The notes under the pieces are model-generated. The model searched no databases. It saw only the letters and a list, made by a program, of their open reading frames with translations, and was not told the DNA's origin. The position numbers and the translations under genes were made by a program. Below are positions 9,801 to 20,000 of a stretch of DNA of 20,000 nt, in pieces. Positions within the stretch are counted from its first letter, which is position 1. Every line of letters begins with the position of its first letter. This DNA comes from Perkinsus olseni (Eukaryota): the NCBI GenBank assembly GCA_013115125.1, contig JABANN010000108.1, positions 50,989-70,988 of the forward strand. The letters run 5' to 3'.

Positions 9801-12046
9801 CTGTGGCGGTGAGGATTCCTTATCATTTGATGACCATCTTGTTATTATCAAGCTTCGACCTTAGATACTCACTGAAGGCCATGCCCGTCCCCAACTGTAC
9901 GACTACCTCTGCCAGTATGTACTATACTCTCGTCAATCCGGTCTGGATGTGCGGATACAACCCGTCACTTTGCAGGCCGTGCTGTCTGTCCATGGGCCTG
10001 GAGGTAGTCGTGAGAGGGTAGCTGGAGGGAGTTCGAAGGGAGTTCGGGTTAATGAAGGGAAGCTTCCATCCCTCACCACTGTCCGACACTACCACTCGGG
10101 AAACGGTTGCCTCACCAGTGACAGTGACTCGGTATACTGTGGTCCGCCGTTAAGGTCGCTCATAAGAAGCAATAGATCATGAGGTTTGTCGTATAGAGAC
10201 AGTAGTAGCCCAATAATCTTTACCAGCTTCGGTATTGACTCAATTTTTGTTTTCATCTGTTCCTTTCCCCTCAGCATCGATAGCCCTGGCAGAGATGTTC
10301 CAGGCCTTACCGGCGGCTAGACTCGAGACCCTCAATAGAGTCGCTGACCCCGAATCTGACGAGGCATTGAAGCTGTCTCCTGGAGCGGTAGGGTTGGCTC
10401 GATCACTGTACGGTGATTTCATTTCACAACTGTTGGTTGATGTCGTTGTTCGGATAGAAGGTTCACGTAGGAAGCCCTGCTGGTCCTCATAGAAGCTGCA
10501 TCTTTCGTTCTTCCCACGTGTCCCTTCAGGAATAGCGCTGCCTTCCATTAGTAATTATTGCCATTATTGATCCCCTGCACATACTCAGATAATACACCAG
10601 CCGTTCCAGTCGGCATTGGAATTCCACACCGACTCAGCCAGTGGTGTCATCATCAGGGGGGGCAGCATCGGCAGCGGGCTGGATGCATTCACCCTTCTCC
10701 TCGATGTGGATGCCGATGGTGAGCCTCTCATTTCCGCTGCCCACGTGTTCATGGCTCGTCGAGCTGCCCTCAGGGGCGTCAATTCTCCGGTCGTTGTGTA
10801 CTGACCATGACGTCCTTCCCGCTGGCATCCTAGCTGTTGATATGTTGCGCAACGAGGCAGGCCTTCCAAGGTAGGCAGGGGGTCTGCTCACTGAGGCCGC
10901 CGTGAGCCCATCGCAGGCCCGGTGTGGACGTGACGCCCCTGACCAGTCCGATAAGAGCATCATTGGCGTGGACGATCGACCAGTAGTAGTAGGCGTTCAC
11001 TCTGTTGTAGAGGGTGGTATCATGCAGGTACAAGTTGAGGCTGCACACGATGTTTGGCTGGAAACAGATATTTGCCCAGCTTGGTGGCGGTCCTCGGTTT
11101 GTGAGGACGGGTATAATACTTCAATCGTAATTCAGGGATCGGGGACTGGGGCAACCTTCGCTGTCGTCGGAACGATAAAGTTACTCTCTCTGAGGCAGCA
11201 ACTTAGTTGGTTCGGCGAGGTTCGCGGCCATCCCCGTTTGGACTGGGAGCTGACCAGGCAGGTACGCCCACGCGGGTTGCCGGTTACTATCAACACCTCA
11301 TCGTCGTCCAGTGGGGGAGATCACCAGCTGTACTTGGAGTCCTGAGCTCAAGGCTAGGATCTGCCAGGCTTACATCAAACCGGAGTTCTCGAAACCAGGT
11401 CAGCTGCCGTTCGGTTGCCGTGGTGGAGTTGGTGGTGGTGTGGTAGGGCGGAACCTGCTGGCATCGGTGCCATACAATCTCCCTGATGGGATGAAGTATT
11501 CTAAGAAAAAGCGTTTGCTCTCCCAAGGAGTCTTCCGTGGCCAGTATCGGAGGCTGACGGCTGCTCGAGTGTATGGGCTTCCTTTTGTGAGTGCTGGGGG
11601 GGGGACGGCGACGATGGATCGGGTCGGAGCTGTAGGGTCCTCGTGTAGGTCGAGCATACCTATCCGGGTGCGGAGGGCATGAAGGTGGTTGAGTTCAGTA
11701 AGCCCGATAGGGACGAGCTGGTTAGGAAGCCTCACCGAGTCAACGGAGTAATGTGGGGGTCGTGGCCACCGCGATGCTGTGGGTCATCTGAAGTCGGATG
11801 TCTCCGGTAAAGAGAAGGTCATCGGAGCTGTCCGGGCGTGTTTGTCAGTATTCCTTGCCGAGTTCAATCCGTCACCCTTTCGTGGTCGGCAATCATATTC
11901 GGCCGAAGATTTCCTCATCGTTGGTGATAAGCGTTACTGCCATTGATGGTCAGGCTGTGGAATCCAAGTTGGTACGGCAGCGCGACCGCCGGCGGAACCT
12001 CAAACAGATGGGACGACAGCGGCAGCAGCAGCATGTGACCGCATAG
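6898..12046 (+). CDS. divergent GcvT/aminomethyltransferase (folate-binding fold) protein with long N-terminal extension; many introns; 5' structure uncertain
   Basis: Spliced exons from ~9200 follow the GcvT fold in order: GPEVRFGEYLETAVPLTHTTTLGEYRRARTDA|VVADESYKQLYWITGEDR|QMVADHFLTTGLRNMTPGDVQ|FSCIIDTRALVLDLCHVYVHPDAVA|ILTEGHARPQLYDYL...AVLSVHGP...VIIRGGSIGSGLDAFTLLL...VLPAGILAVDMLRNEAGLPR|PGVDVTPLTSPIRASLAWTIDQ|...RPVGEITSCTWSPELKARICQAYIKPEFSKPG...ARVYGLPF|VEHTYP. Compare GcvT GLGARDTLRLEAG, GEVTSGxxSP and MPFV. The putative start MLWQRLPRRQYFGART resembles a mitochondrial presequence. Stop after ...QQQHVTA at 12046. Confidence 0.8.
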
Positions 12047-12160
12047 GCCGGCATGGCTGATTCGAAACGTTTCCGATGAGTTTCCGGAAATGCCCACTGC
12101 TTGCGTTGAAGTGGTGTAACTGTGCGAAGTCGGGAAATTCCCAGTGTGGTTTTTGTGAGG

Positions 12161-13591
12161 ATGCCGAGCCCTGAGACGTATCTTAGCGGTACGACCCACC
12201 CCTGGCCAGCTCTGTCGCAGGAAGACGTTAGCGCTGACATCAAGTATGTTATGCAGCACGCTCGGAAGGACGGCGCAGACGCGTCGCCGAGCAGGCAGCG
12301 GAAGAACACGGTTGGTCATTGGTCGTGGTCCGCCGATCAACGCCTCACTTTGTAGGGATTGGCTCATGAGGTTGCGAGGGCCGATGCCGCCTCGTCGCTC
12401 TGGTCACTGTTAACCGAGGCTGAGATGCTCAGGATGGCGCTGTGAGGGCTTTTGGCGACGGCGGAGCGATGCAATATTGTTGGTTTTCGTTCTTTTCAGT
12501 TTGAAACTGTCGCTGCCTGCAGTAGGCAGTGGGATCGTCGGAGCTCCGCTGCTGTCGGACACGTCGCTGGCTTTCACGGAGGACCTGCCAGAATTGGTCC
12601 TTCCGTCGACACCCTCGGTCACCACTGTGGACGAGTACCTTGACGTCTGCCGAGAGAATAAAAGTCTGCCGGGCGTATCTTTCTGCTAAGCTGGCATGAT
12701 ATCCATCAGGTCGGTCGTACCCCATGAGGGCTATCCAGGGTGACGAGCTGCCGCTTGATCTCACTGATGTTGATGTCAAGCAGGATACTAAAGACATGAA
12801 GCGGGACATTATCACAGTTGGCAGCGACGGCTACCGCCTTTGCTGGCAGCGTTGTTGGTCAGGTTAATGGCGTCCTGTACGAAGGAGCTCATGTTGGGTA
12901 CGATGGGATAGTCAGCGCGGTGCAGTTTGCTTTACCACAGCGGATCATCAACGCCGAGAGTATAGCCCGAGTAATCATATCAATTGCCAATAGAACAAAT
13001 TCAGGTAGGGTCCTCTGGCGGGATGAGGGAGTGTGAGATAGGCTCGCCTTTGCCTCAGGTGGGCTGTGCTTCGAGAAGGTTGCCGAGGTGTATCAGCAAC
13101 CTGATGTTGTCATAATAGGGCCATGTAAGCCACAGCGTCTCGATCGGTTACATCTCTAGCACTCTTGCTTCGTCGTTCTAACCATCTCCTGCATCACCAG
13201 CAGCGCCTATCGTGACTGATTTCTCTCTGGGCCATCCCTGCCGGTGTCAGGTTCCTCGGTAGCGGAGCCCTTGGATGTTGTGATAACATCCGACGAGTCC
13301 TCGGGCGTGTGGGCAGCGATCAGAGCTCACACCCAATATGCTGTGTATTCTGATGGTGATCATCACGAGCTACTCAGAGTTGATGCGGACTTCCTTTGTC
13401 GACTAGCGATCGATGTTGACTACAACGGCGAGGCCGACTTCGTAAGTTCACACCTGCCCGCTGCTCCCTTCCTACCTGCGGTTGCCGCTCAGGACCCTGC
13501 AAAATCGTTGGCTATAATCTGTCTGCGGCATACCTTTACCTCTGAGGGACCACCAGTTGCGGAGGCCGAAGATCCTCGCCTATCACATTGA
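12161..13591 (+). CDS. hypothetical protein (multi-exon, unknown family)
   Basis: Continuous spliced frame: MPSPETYLSG...RQRKNT|GLAHEVARADAASSLWSLLTEAEMLRMAL|LKLSLPAV...CRENKS|RSYPMRAIQGDELPLDLTDVDVKQDTKDMKRDIIT|VNGVLYEGAHVGYDGIVSAV...ISIANRTNSG|GLCFEKVAEVYQQPDVVIIGP|CSSVAEPLDVVI...GEADF|DPAKSLAIICLRH...PRLSH*. All introns are GT-AG. Confidence 0.72.
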
Positions 13592-13725
13592 TTCACCGTT
13601 TTCAACGGTTCCTTTTGCGTTTGGTTTGTTAAATTGGCCGAAGCAGCTGTTGGCATTCAGACGGCAGGAGCCGTTGAAGCTTCGTTATCCGTAACGTATT
13701 GGAGTTAACAGCTCAGGGAAGGCAT

Positions 13726-16700
13726 ATGCCCGTCTTACAACATGCGGGGACCAAGCAGACGCTGGTACCTCCCGGCTCGCCTCAGGGCAGGAATTGCCTG
13801 CCTGTCGGTTCGGTGGGGAAGCAGGTGAGTTGAGGGAGCAAGGACTGGGCGGAAGCTAGTGTCGTTCAGTCGAAGATCGATCTGCCTGCTAGCAACACTA
13901 CAGTAGCGGTGGAGTCGGGTAGTTCAACTGAGTTTGGCGTCGAGCATAGAGTACGAAACGACGGCCTTACGGTCGAAAGGTGAGCTTTGAGGCGCTGGTG
14001 TGGCGTCCGACTGTCGGGGTGCTGCAGTTATCATCTGCATGTTGACTTGACTTCTGCGATCAATTCTGAGTCGGAGTTGATAGGACAATATCAGAATCGG
14101 GAGTTCGAAGGTGAGTTCTCCCTCGGCCGGTCTCTACTGGTTGTAGGCATTGGGAGCAGGTGAATGCAGGATGGTCACTCGGCATGCGACCAGTATTTCT
14201 AGAATCCGCTTGAACGCTGCAGAGCTGTCCATAGCCAAATCGGAGGTAGGTGGACGGTAGTCACGGCAGTCGTCGAGGAAGGTTCGCGCTCAGGTTGTTT
14301 TAGTCAGTAGGGGTGAGCGTGTGGCCATACTTCACACGACGATACCTCGACCAGAACTGGAGGAAATCGAAATACAGCTGTCCAGGCCCATACCAGGGGG
14401 TTCTCGGTGTGAACTGCGATTCCAGTATTCGGGAAGAATCAACAGCAACTCGCGAGGCATCTATGAATCTGAGTGGGCACCTCGAGCTGTGTACCGTGAC
14501 GGAGGGGGTTTCGATCATCAGGTACCTCCAGCGCGATCCAACCTGCGACACTTCTGTTTTCACGTTACGACGTGGTATGATAGTGACGCAGTGTTGCCCA
14601 GTGGACGCGAGGAGGATCCTTCCCTGCGTGGATGAACCCGATATGTAACACAGTATTTGGGCATTACGGCGCTCGAGCTTCTCGTCTCGCTATCTCAGGA
14701 AAGCTACGTTCACAGTCTCAGTGTCTGCCCCACGCGGGGTGACGGTAAGCTGGCATCGATGCGGTACTTGGTTGTCTTCCTCTTCCCCTTTTCGTGGACG
14801 ATCAGGTCTTGGGCAACATGCCGGTGCAGAGGACGGAGGGGTTCACTTATTCTAGAGTATCGTCACTCAGCGATGATTCCGAGGATTCTATCGTCGCTCA
14901 TGCTGAAGACATAGAGGCCGGGACTTCGATCAGTGGAGAGACGCCATGCGGGAAGGAATCCTTTGAGGGACGACGAAGGAAGCATGATTCTGTGACGGAC
15001 TGTGGATCGCGTAAGCTTCGCGTCTAGTCCCAGCTTCGGCCACATATACCTTCACGTGTGCTCAGATACCGATCAGATGAGTACGGCGGCGGAGTACGCT
15101 GTATCGGAGTCTAGTGAATCGGCTGATGGCATGCCGTCGATGAAGCGGCGTAAAGTTTTGGAGGAGCTGTGTGCAGGAGTTAGGACAACATTTAAGTAGG
15201 CAAGGAGAGAGGCCGTAGTCGGAAGTCAATCACTTGCCGGCGGCGAACTGCCGCTACCTCGTACTCCCGAATGATTCGGGTCGAATCCCTCCATCATTTG
15301 TGGTTCCCGACAGCCTTTGTGTGAAAAGTGATGATGCCCTTCCAACACAGAGCTACAGTCCATGCCCCGTTCCCCGCTGCCTGCGAAGCGTGGCTAGGCC
15401 GACACAGCTGGTGTACCCATGCCGCATGGGAAGAATCTCGCGAGATGTGGTACCGATTGAGCGAGGCACTCACCTGGTGATCGTGGTGCGATATTCACAG
15501 GATGATGCTATCTGCTCGGCCGTGCGCAGGCTGCATCGGCTAAGTCTAGACACTGCATCGTTTGGAACTTGGGTCAAGCCTAGGTGGGGCACTGACTACA
15601 CTCTGGCTCAAGCGGTTCCCGTCGGCTTGCGCGAGCTGGAGGATATGTGAGTCAACTTAGACTGTGGGTGCCAGTCTGGCACTGCCAGAGTCGGCCTCTC
15701 TGAGTAAGCATCTACTGAAACGATATTATGTTTCGAAGAGGCGGACCAGTTGAGGTCTGGGTCCCGGCAGCCACTGGCATGTTCCGTTGGTTACACAAGG
15801 CGGGCGTACCCGTTCAGGCAGTGTTTAATCACACCGAGCGAGGCTAGGCCCGCGGGGCAATGCAGAACGAGGCTAACGTCTTCTTCTGCTGCTAACGCCA
15901 TTGCGAAGACGCGCTGTCAAGTTTTCGTCCGTTGTGGGTTCGCGTCGCCCGTTCATCGCGGTCGAGAGGATGTATGCAGAATATGGAAAGGAAAGTGCCA
16001 TTGTGATTATGGAACAGTCACTGTTCTTAGTCCTTGCTACAGGGCTACAGTGGGGTCTTACGTAGTACGGCTCCAGGAGACTCTCCTTCATACGAGCGAT
16101 ATATTCAATTCGGAATAGTGCTGCTATCTGTTCTCATGACGCTACCCCTCTTTCGTGAAGTCATCGGCATCGATCTTAATTGTCTCTTCTCCGTTGTGTG
16201 GAGGGACCACGGGCAAATCGCCATCTTCCTAACACCTCACCCTCGACCCCCGGCCCACATTCACTGATCTTGTCAGGCCAACTTCGAAGATGTCATCATA
16301 TCTCCTAGCATTTGCTGTCGGTGACTTCGTCCAACTATCCGGCAAAGGTTGGTTCCTGCCTGATGGTACTTCATTTGAAAGGCCTCTTGCAGATACGCCC
16401 GGACGAGATCCTCGAGTTTCTGTATGGTGCCGTAGGTCGCAAGCTTCCAAGGTGAGCTCCACCATCGCGCAGCTGTCCGATTTACCGCGTCTCTCAGGGC
16501 AGCTTCGCGCTTGAGATTGCGTCCAAGTGTCTTGTGTACTACGAATCGGAGCTCTTCCATACCAAATACCCTCTCCCTAAGTGAGATCAACCAACCCTTG
16601 CTCGGCGATGGAGATGCAGGTGCGACTTACTGGCAGTGACGGACCATCATTTTGGAGCTATGGAGAATTGGGGGCTCATCACCTTCCGCGAACAAGACCT

Positions 16701-19381
16701 TCTCATTACTGAAGTAACAGTCGTGCAGGTGCAGAGTGGGTCATGCTCTCCTCAGGACTCGGGTTCGGCCGAGGCTATCTACCGCATCACCGTCACGGTC
16801 TGCCATGAACTCGCCCACATGTGGTTTGGCAATATCGTCACTATCAAGTGGTGGAACGACATCTGGCTGAACGAGGTCGCTTATCGTAGCCCCTCGGGCG
16901 TGTATTAGTAGTGTTTGTCTCAGGGCTTTGCCACGTGGACGTCGTACGCTGCTGCCAGCTACATGTAGGTAGCTGTCCGGAGCAGCTGGCTGGTTCACTG
17001 GGCGTTCTCCAGTTTCCCGGACTCCAGCTTCTGGGCAGCATTCCAGACGTCTATGGTTGATCGTGCCATGCAACTCGATTGCCTTGAGAGCTCCCATCCG
17101 ATACAGGTGGAATCTCGTCAATGCTGTTCGAGTCCTTCACTGCTAATTTATATTCAGGTCACGTGTCTCGATGGACGCGAGGCTTTCGATAATTTCGACG
17201 CCATCTCGTAAGCTGCGACGTGGTCGTATGTTGATTATCTCTCGCCGGGCCGATAGGTATAATAAGTCGGCAGCTGTCATCCACATGCTAACCACCCACA
17301 TTGGCATGGCAAGGTTCAAGGATAGGATCCACGCGTACTTGGATCGACACAAGTACCTCAAGGCTGGTCGACTCTTGTCGGATACGCAGTCAAAAGATAC
17401 TCCTCGGCGCGTACTTCCGATCTGTGGTCATGTCTGGGCGATGAAGCAGTTCTAGTGATGATGAAGACTTGGACGACTCAAAAAGGGTGCTCATACCACT
17501 CCCTGCACAACTCTCGAGATCATGCCATTGTAGCTACCCCTACCTCCTCGCTGACGTGGTGGATGAAAACACCGTGTCGATACGGCAGGTCGCTGTGGGC
17601 AATAGCAACACGGAGAGGCAGTGGCTTGTAGGCGTTAGACAGCCGTGTGCTCAGCCGTCACTTGAGGGTCGTCAGGTACCATTGCGATATCGTATAATAT
17701 CTAACAACAGCAACAAGCATACCATTCACAGTAACTAGCTTGGGTGTTGTCGAATTCTTGATGATTAGGGACGAATCAGGTACTACATTATTGCCAAATT
17801 CTGATTTCAAGATAGCACTCTCGTCGGGTGATGTCCTTCATCTCAATCCGGACACGACTGGTTTCTACTCGGTAAGGCCGTCTGTTGTCGAGCACAGCGT
17901 GATGAGCGTCGCAGGTAGTGTACTCGCCCCCACTTCTGCATCGTATAACGTCCCTCGACCCGGCCATGCTGAGCCCGCTTGACCTCATCGGTCTTATCCG
18001 GGACTCCACCATGGCGATGACTGATGGTCGTCTGCCTCCCAAAGAATGGTAGGCACCCGAGGGCTCGGAGGGCACTGCACTGGGAGCAGGTACCAACTTC
18101 TCCTGAAGTTCTTCAGCACGGGTGATATTGAGGACACCGTCGGGATTCAACTCGGGAGTAGCCCTCGGCCCTTCCCTCTGTCGTTATGTTCCTCATAGAT
18201 ACCCTCAGCCACATCTTCCCCATTCTCCCGCGCTCTCGTGAAGTGCCAGAGTCGCGCTTCCGAGAGGCCTACGGGAAATTCTGTAAAAGAGCCTTCGAGG
18301 GTCAGCTCATCGCTAGTGGTGTTCTACGGTGCAGGTCGTATCCTGGTGGGCCGCTACTGCGCGACCTCGACGAGATCACCTGATTTGCTCCGGTCCTCGC
18401 CGTCGGACAGCCTCTCTCCCCATGTCACCAACGGTATCGCAGGACGTGTAAGATTCCCTGCCGGGCGTTCCTGTGTTCCCTTTATCATCGATGGTCAGGG
18501 GCTGAGGGTTGGGTCATTGCGTATCATGCTTGACTGCCAAGATCCAGCAACAATCGAGGAATGCTCGAAGCTGTTCGAACAGGGAGGCTATTCTCTCCCG
18601 GACTCGGTACCTCAGCGAGACTCTCACAGTGATGACCGTGAGGGTCAGGTCCCCGAAGATATCCACGGCTGGGTGTATGCAGGAGCTGTGGCGTGCCCTA
18701 AGGAAGGGGTAGCTCGGGCGAGGCTGCTGTTGGAGCATTACGAGAATCGACACCCTGCGAGCATTGATCGACAGCAGAAGACTCTCGCTATTATTGGCGA
18801 GGTTGCCGATGTCGATGTAGCATCTTCCCGTGCGTGGCGCTGTGAGAATTATTTCTAGCAGATACAGAGAGACATCCTATCCTTGCTGTTACCGAAGCAA
18901 GTGGTGAGTGCTGGTGTCCTTGACAGGGCCTTGAAGCCGCCTTTCAGGTTCGCCCTCAGGACTGGCGGTGTGTGGTCGAGAGTTGTACTCATAACCGCTC
19001 CTTGGGTCTGGGAGTGGTCTGGGAATGGTTAACTACATGGTGGAAACAGATACAGGAACGCTTCCGGAGTTCGGGGGCTATGGGCATCGGTGAGCACTCG
19101 AATGTCCCGGGTTCGAACCTCGGCAGGGTCATTTTTATGTAGGTAGCAAACTGCTGGTCTTGGTTTGCGAAAATATGAGCACAGAGGAAGACCTCGCTCG
19201 GGTTTTGAAGTTTTTAAGAGCGAACCCCGACCCACGGATGGCTCGGACCACCAGTCAACTGATCGACCGAATAAAACGTAACATTGCTTTGCGCGCTTCA
19301 CTCGAAGGCTCCGTTGCTGAGCTGGAGACGCTAGTGGATGAGTACACTACCAAGCTCGATGGGTGGGGGACTCCTCTGTAG
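13726..19381 (+). CDS. M1 family zinc aminopeptidase (puromycin-sensitive/APN-like, ERAP1-type C-terminal domain), intron-rich
   Basis: Spliced motifs in order: [76 protein letters not shown] (GAMEN at 16654), [27 protein letters not shown] (HEXXH-X18-E, 16804-16875), [16 protein letters not shown] (catalytic Tyr), WTTQKG|YP, C-terminal VRPQD...[16 protein letters not shown]. No signal peptide or N-terminal TM seen. Confidence 0.95.
15196..16276 (+). other. unusually long (1081 nt) GT-AG intron of the aminopeptidase
   Basis: Joining TTTAA|gtaggc...cttgtcag|GCCAACT restores the conserved [15 protein letters not shown] motif. Other introns of this gene are ~40-60 nt. Confidence 0.8.
19107..19136 (+). 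other. tRNA 3'-half relic / isolated B-box inside a short aminopeptidase intron
   Basis: CCGGG-TTCGAAC-CTCGG T-arm, then CAGGGTCA and TTTTT, inside intron 19090-19142. No matching 5' half upstream. Confidence 0.4.
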
Positions 19382-20000
19382 AGGATCATATGACGCTTGG
19401 TGTTACAGTGAGGACATCTCCAGTGTTTAACCATGAGTTTTGGTTTAGTTGGCAGATCCTGAGAGGAATCGTCGGGAATCGCAGTTCAAGTCTCTCATGA
19501 GGCATTCACAATGACACTCGAAGACAACCGAGCTTGCTCGGTTTGTTATTTAACGCTTCGGCTGCCTCGGAAAGCAGACGGGTGCACAGGCTTCTGTTTA
19601 ACTCTTGTCGGTTTGTGCAACGACACTGACCTACTGTCTCCCTTTCTTTGAGTGAGCAAGACGCCTCCAAGAGAAAATAGTAAACAGTCGAAAGTCGTGA
19701 ATTGGAGGGTTGGGCAGGAATCGCCAGTGCCTACAGTCTGGAAAGGGAGTGGAAGCGGTCTCCTTCAACACTTGGCCCATCTCGGCGTACAGGGACAAGG
19801 GTTGTGTTCGCACGAGGGGACAGGTGCTACACGCTGAGTGCTAGTACTTGAACATACGCTGTTGGCTCCCTAACCGTGTAATGTTAATAGATGTTGACTC
19901 GACTCACACGATTTGTTTTCGCTTCTTTGCAGTTATATTAATTTTTTAGTTCAATCTAATGACAAGTACATCAGCAGTTGAGAACTGGCTTTCTCTCGAC

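Noticed and set aside
12132..12142. GGGAAATTCCC, a textbook NF-kB-like site
   Set aside because: Single occurrence, and NF-kB is not expected in this kind of protist; treated only as a dyad.
7300..12420. Minus-strand ORFs initially read as a decayed retroelement or a TGA-recoded frame
   Set aside because: No RT, RNase H or integrase motifs. The + strand splices into a GcvT-fold gene, so these ORFs are antisense shadows.
15328..15334. C-box GTGATGA in the long intron
   Set aside because: No CTGA D box or terminal stem at C/D snoRNA distance.
15604..15612. TGGCTCAAG, matching the 3' end of the dinoflagellate/perkinsid spliced leader
   Set aside because: Only 9 nt match, the upstream CCGTAGCCAT part is absent, and no GT donor follows.
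15728..16267. Nested same-strand protein gene in the second half of the long intron
   Set aside because: The fragments (MFRWLHKAG..., ...[14 protein letters not shown]) could not be joined in frame with canonical splice sites.
19631..19837. Short ORFs on both strands after the aminopeptidase
   Set aside because: No motifs or splice support within the window.
1..20000. CRISPR array, rRNA or transposase
   Set aside because: No regularly spaced repeats, rRNA signatures or transposase motifs seen.

Overview
Intron-dense eukaryotic (protist) DNA. Most introns are about 35-55 nt GT-AG, all genes are on the + strand and spacers are short; this is most consistent with a Perkinsus-like alveolate (inference). 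The ORF track is mostly exon fragments and antisense shadows, so I spliced the genes by hand. Contents: (1) three tandem, highly diverged paralogs of an unnamed 4-TM tetraspanin-like membrane protein with matching intron positions (206-1315, ~2019-3765, ~4421-6052); (2) an intact tRNA-Gly(GCC) at 4251-4321 plus several tRNA/B-box relics; (3) a large GcvT/aminomethyltransferase-fold gene (~6898-12046) whose catalytic and folate-binding signature residues are replaced and which has a long N-terminal extension, so a candidate pseudoenzyme; (4) a hypothetical protein gene (12161-13591); (5) a complete M1 zinc aminopeptidase (13726-19381) with a ~90-aa NLS-like insertion and an anomalous 1.08-kb intron holding cryptic exons and dense palindromes. 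The first 7 kb also carries three recurring non-coding motifs and strongly base-paired intergenic and intronic segments. Exon boundaries are manual predictions; the 5' parts of the GcvT-like gene and of paralogs 2 and 3 are uncertain.
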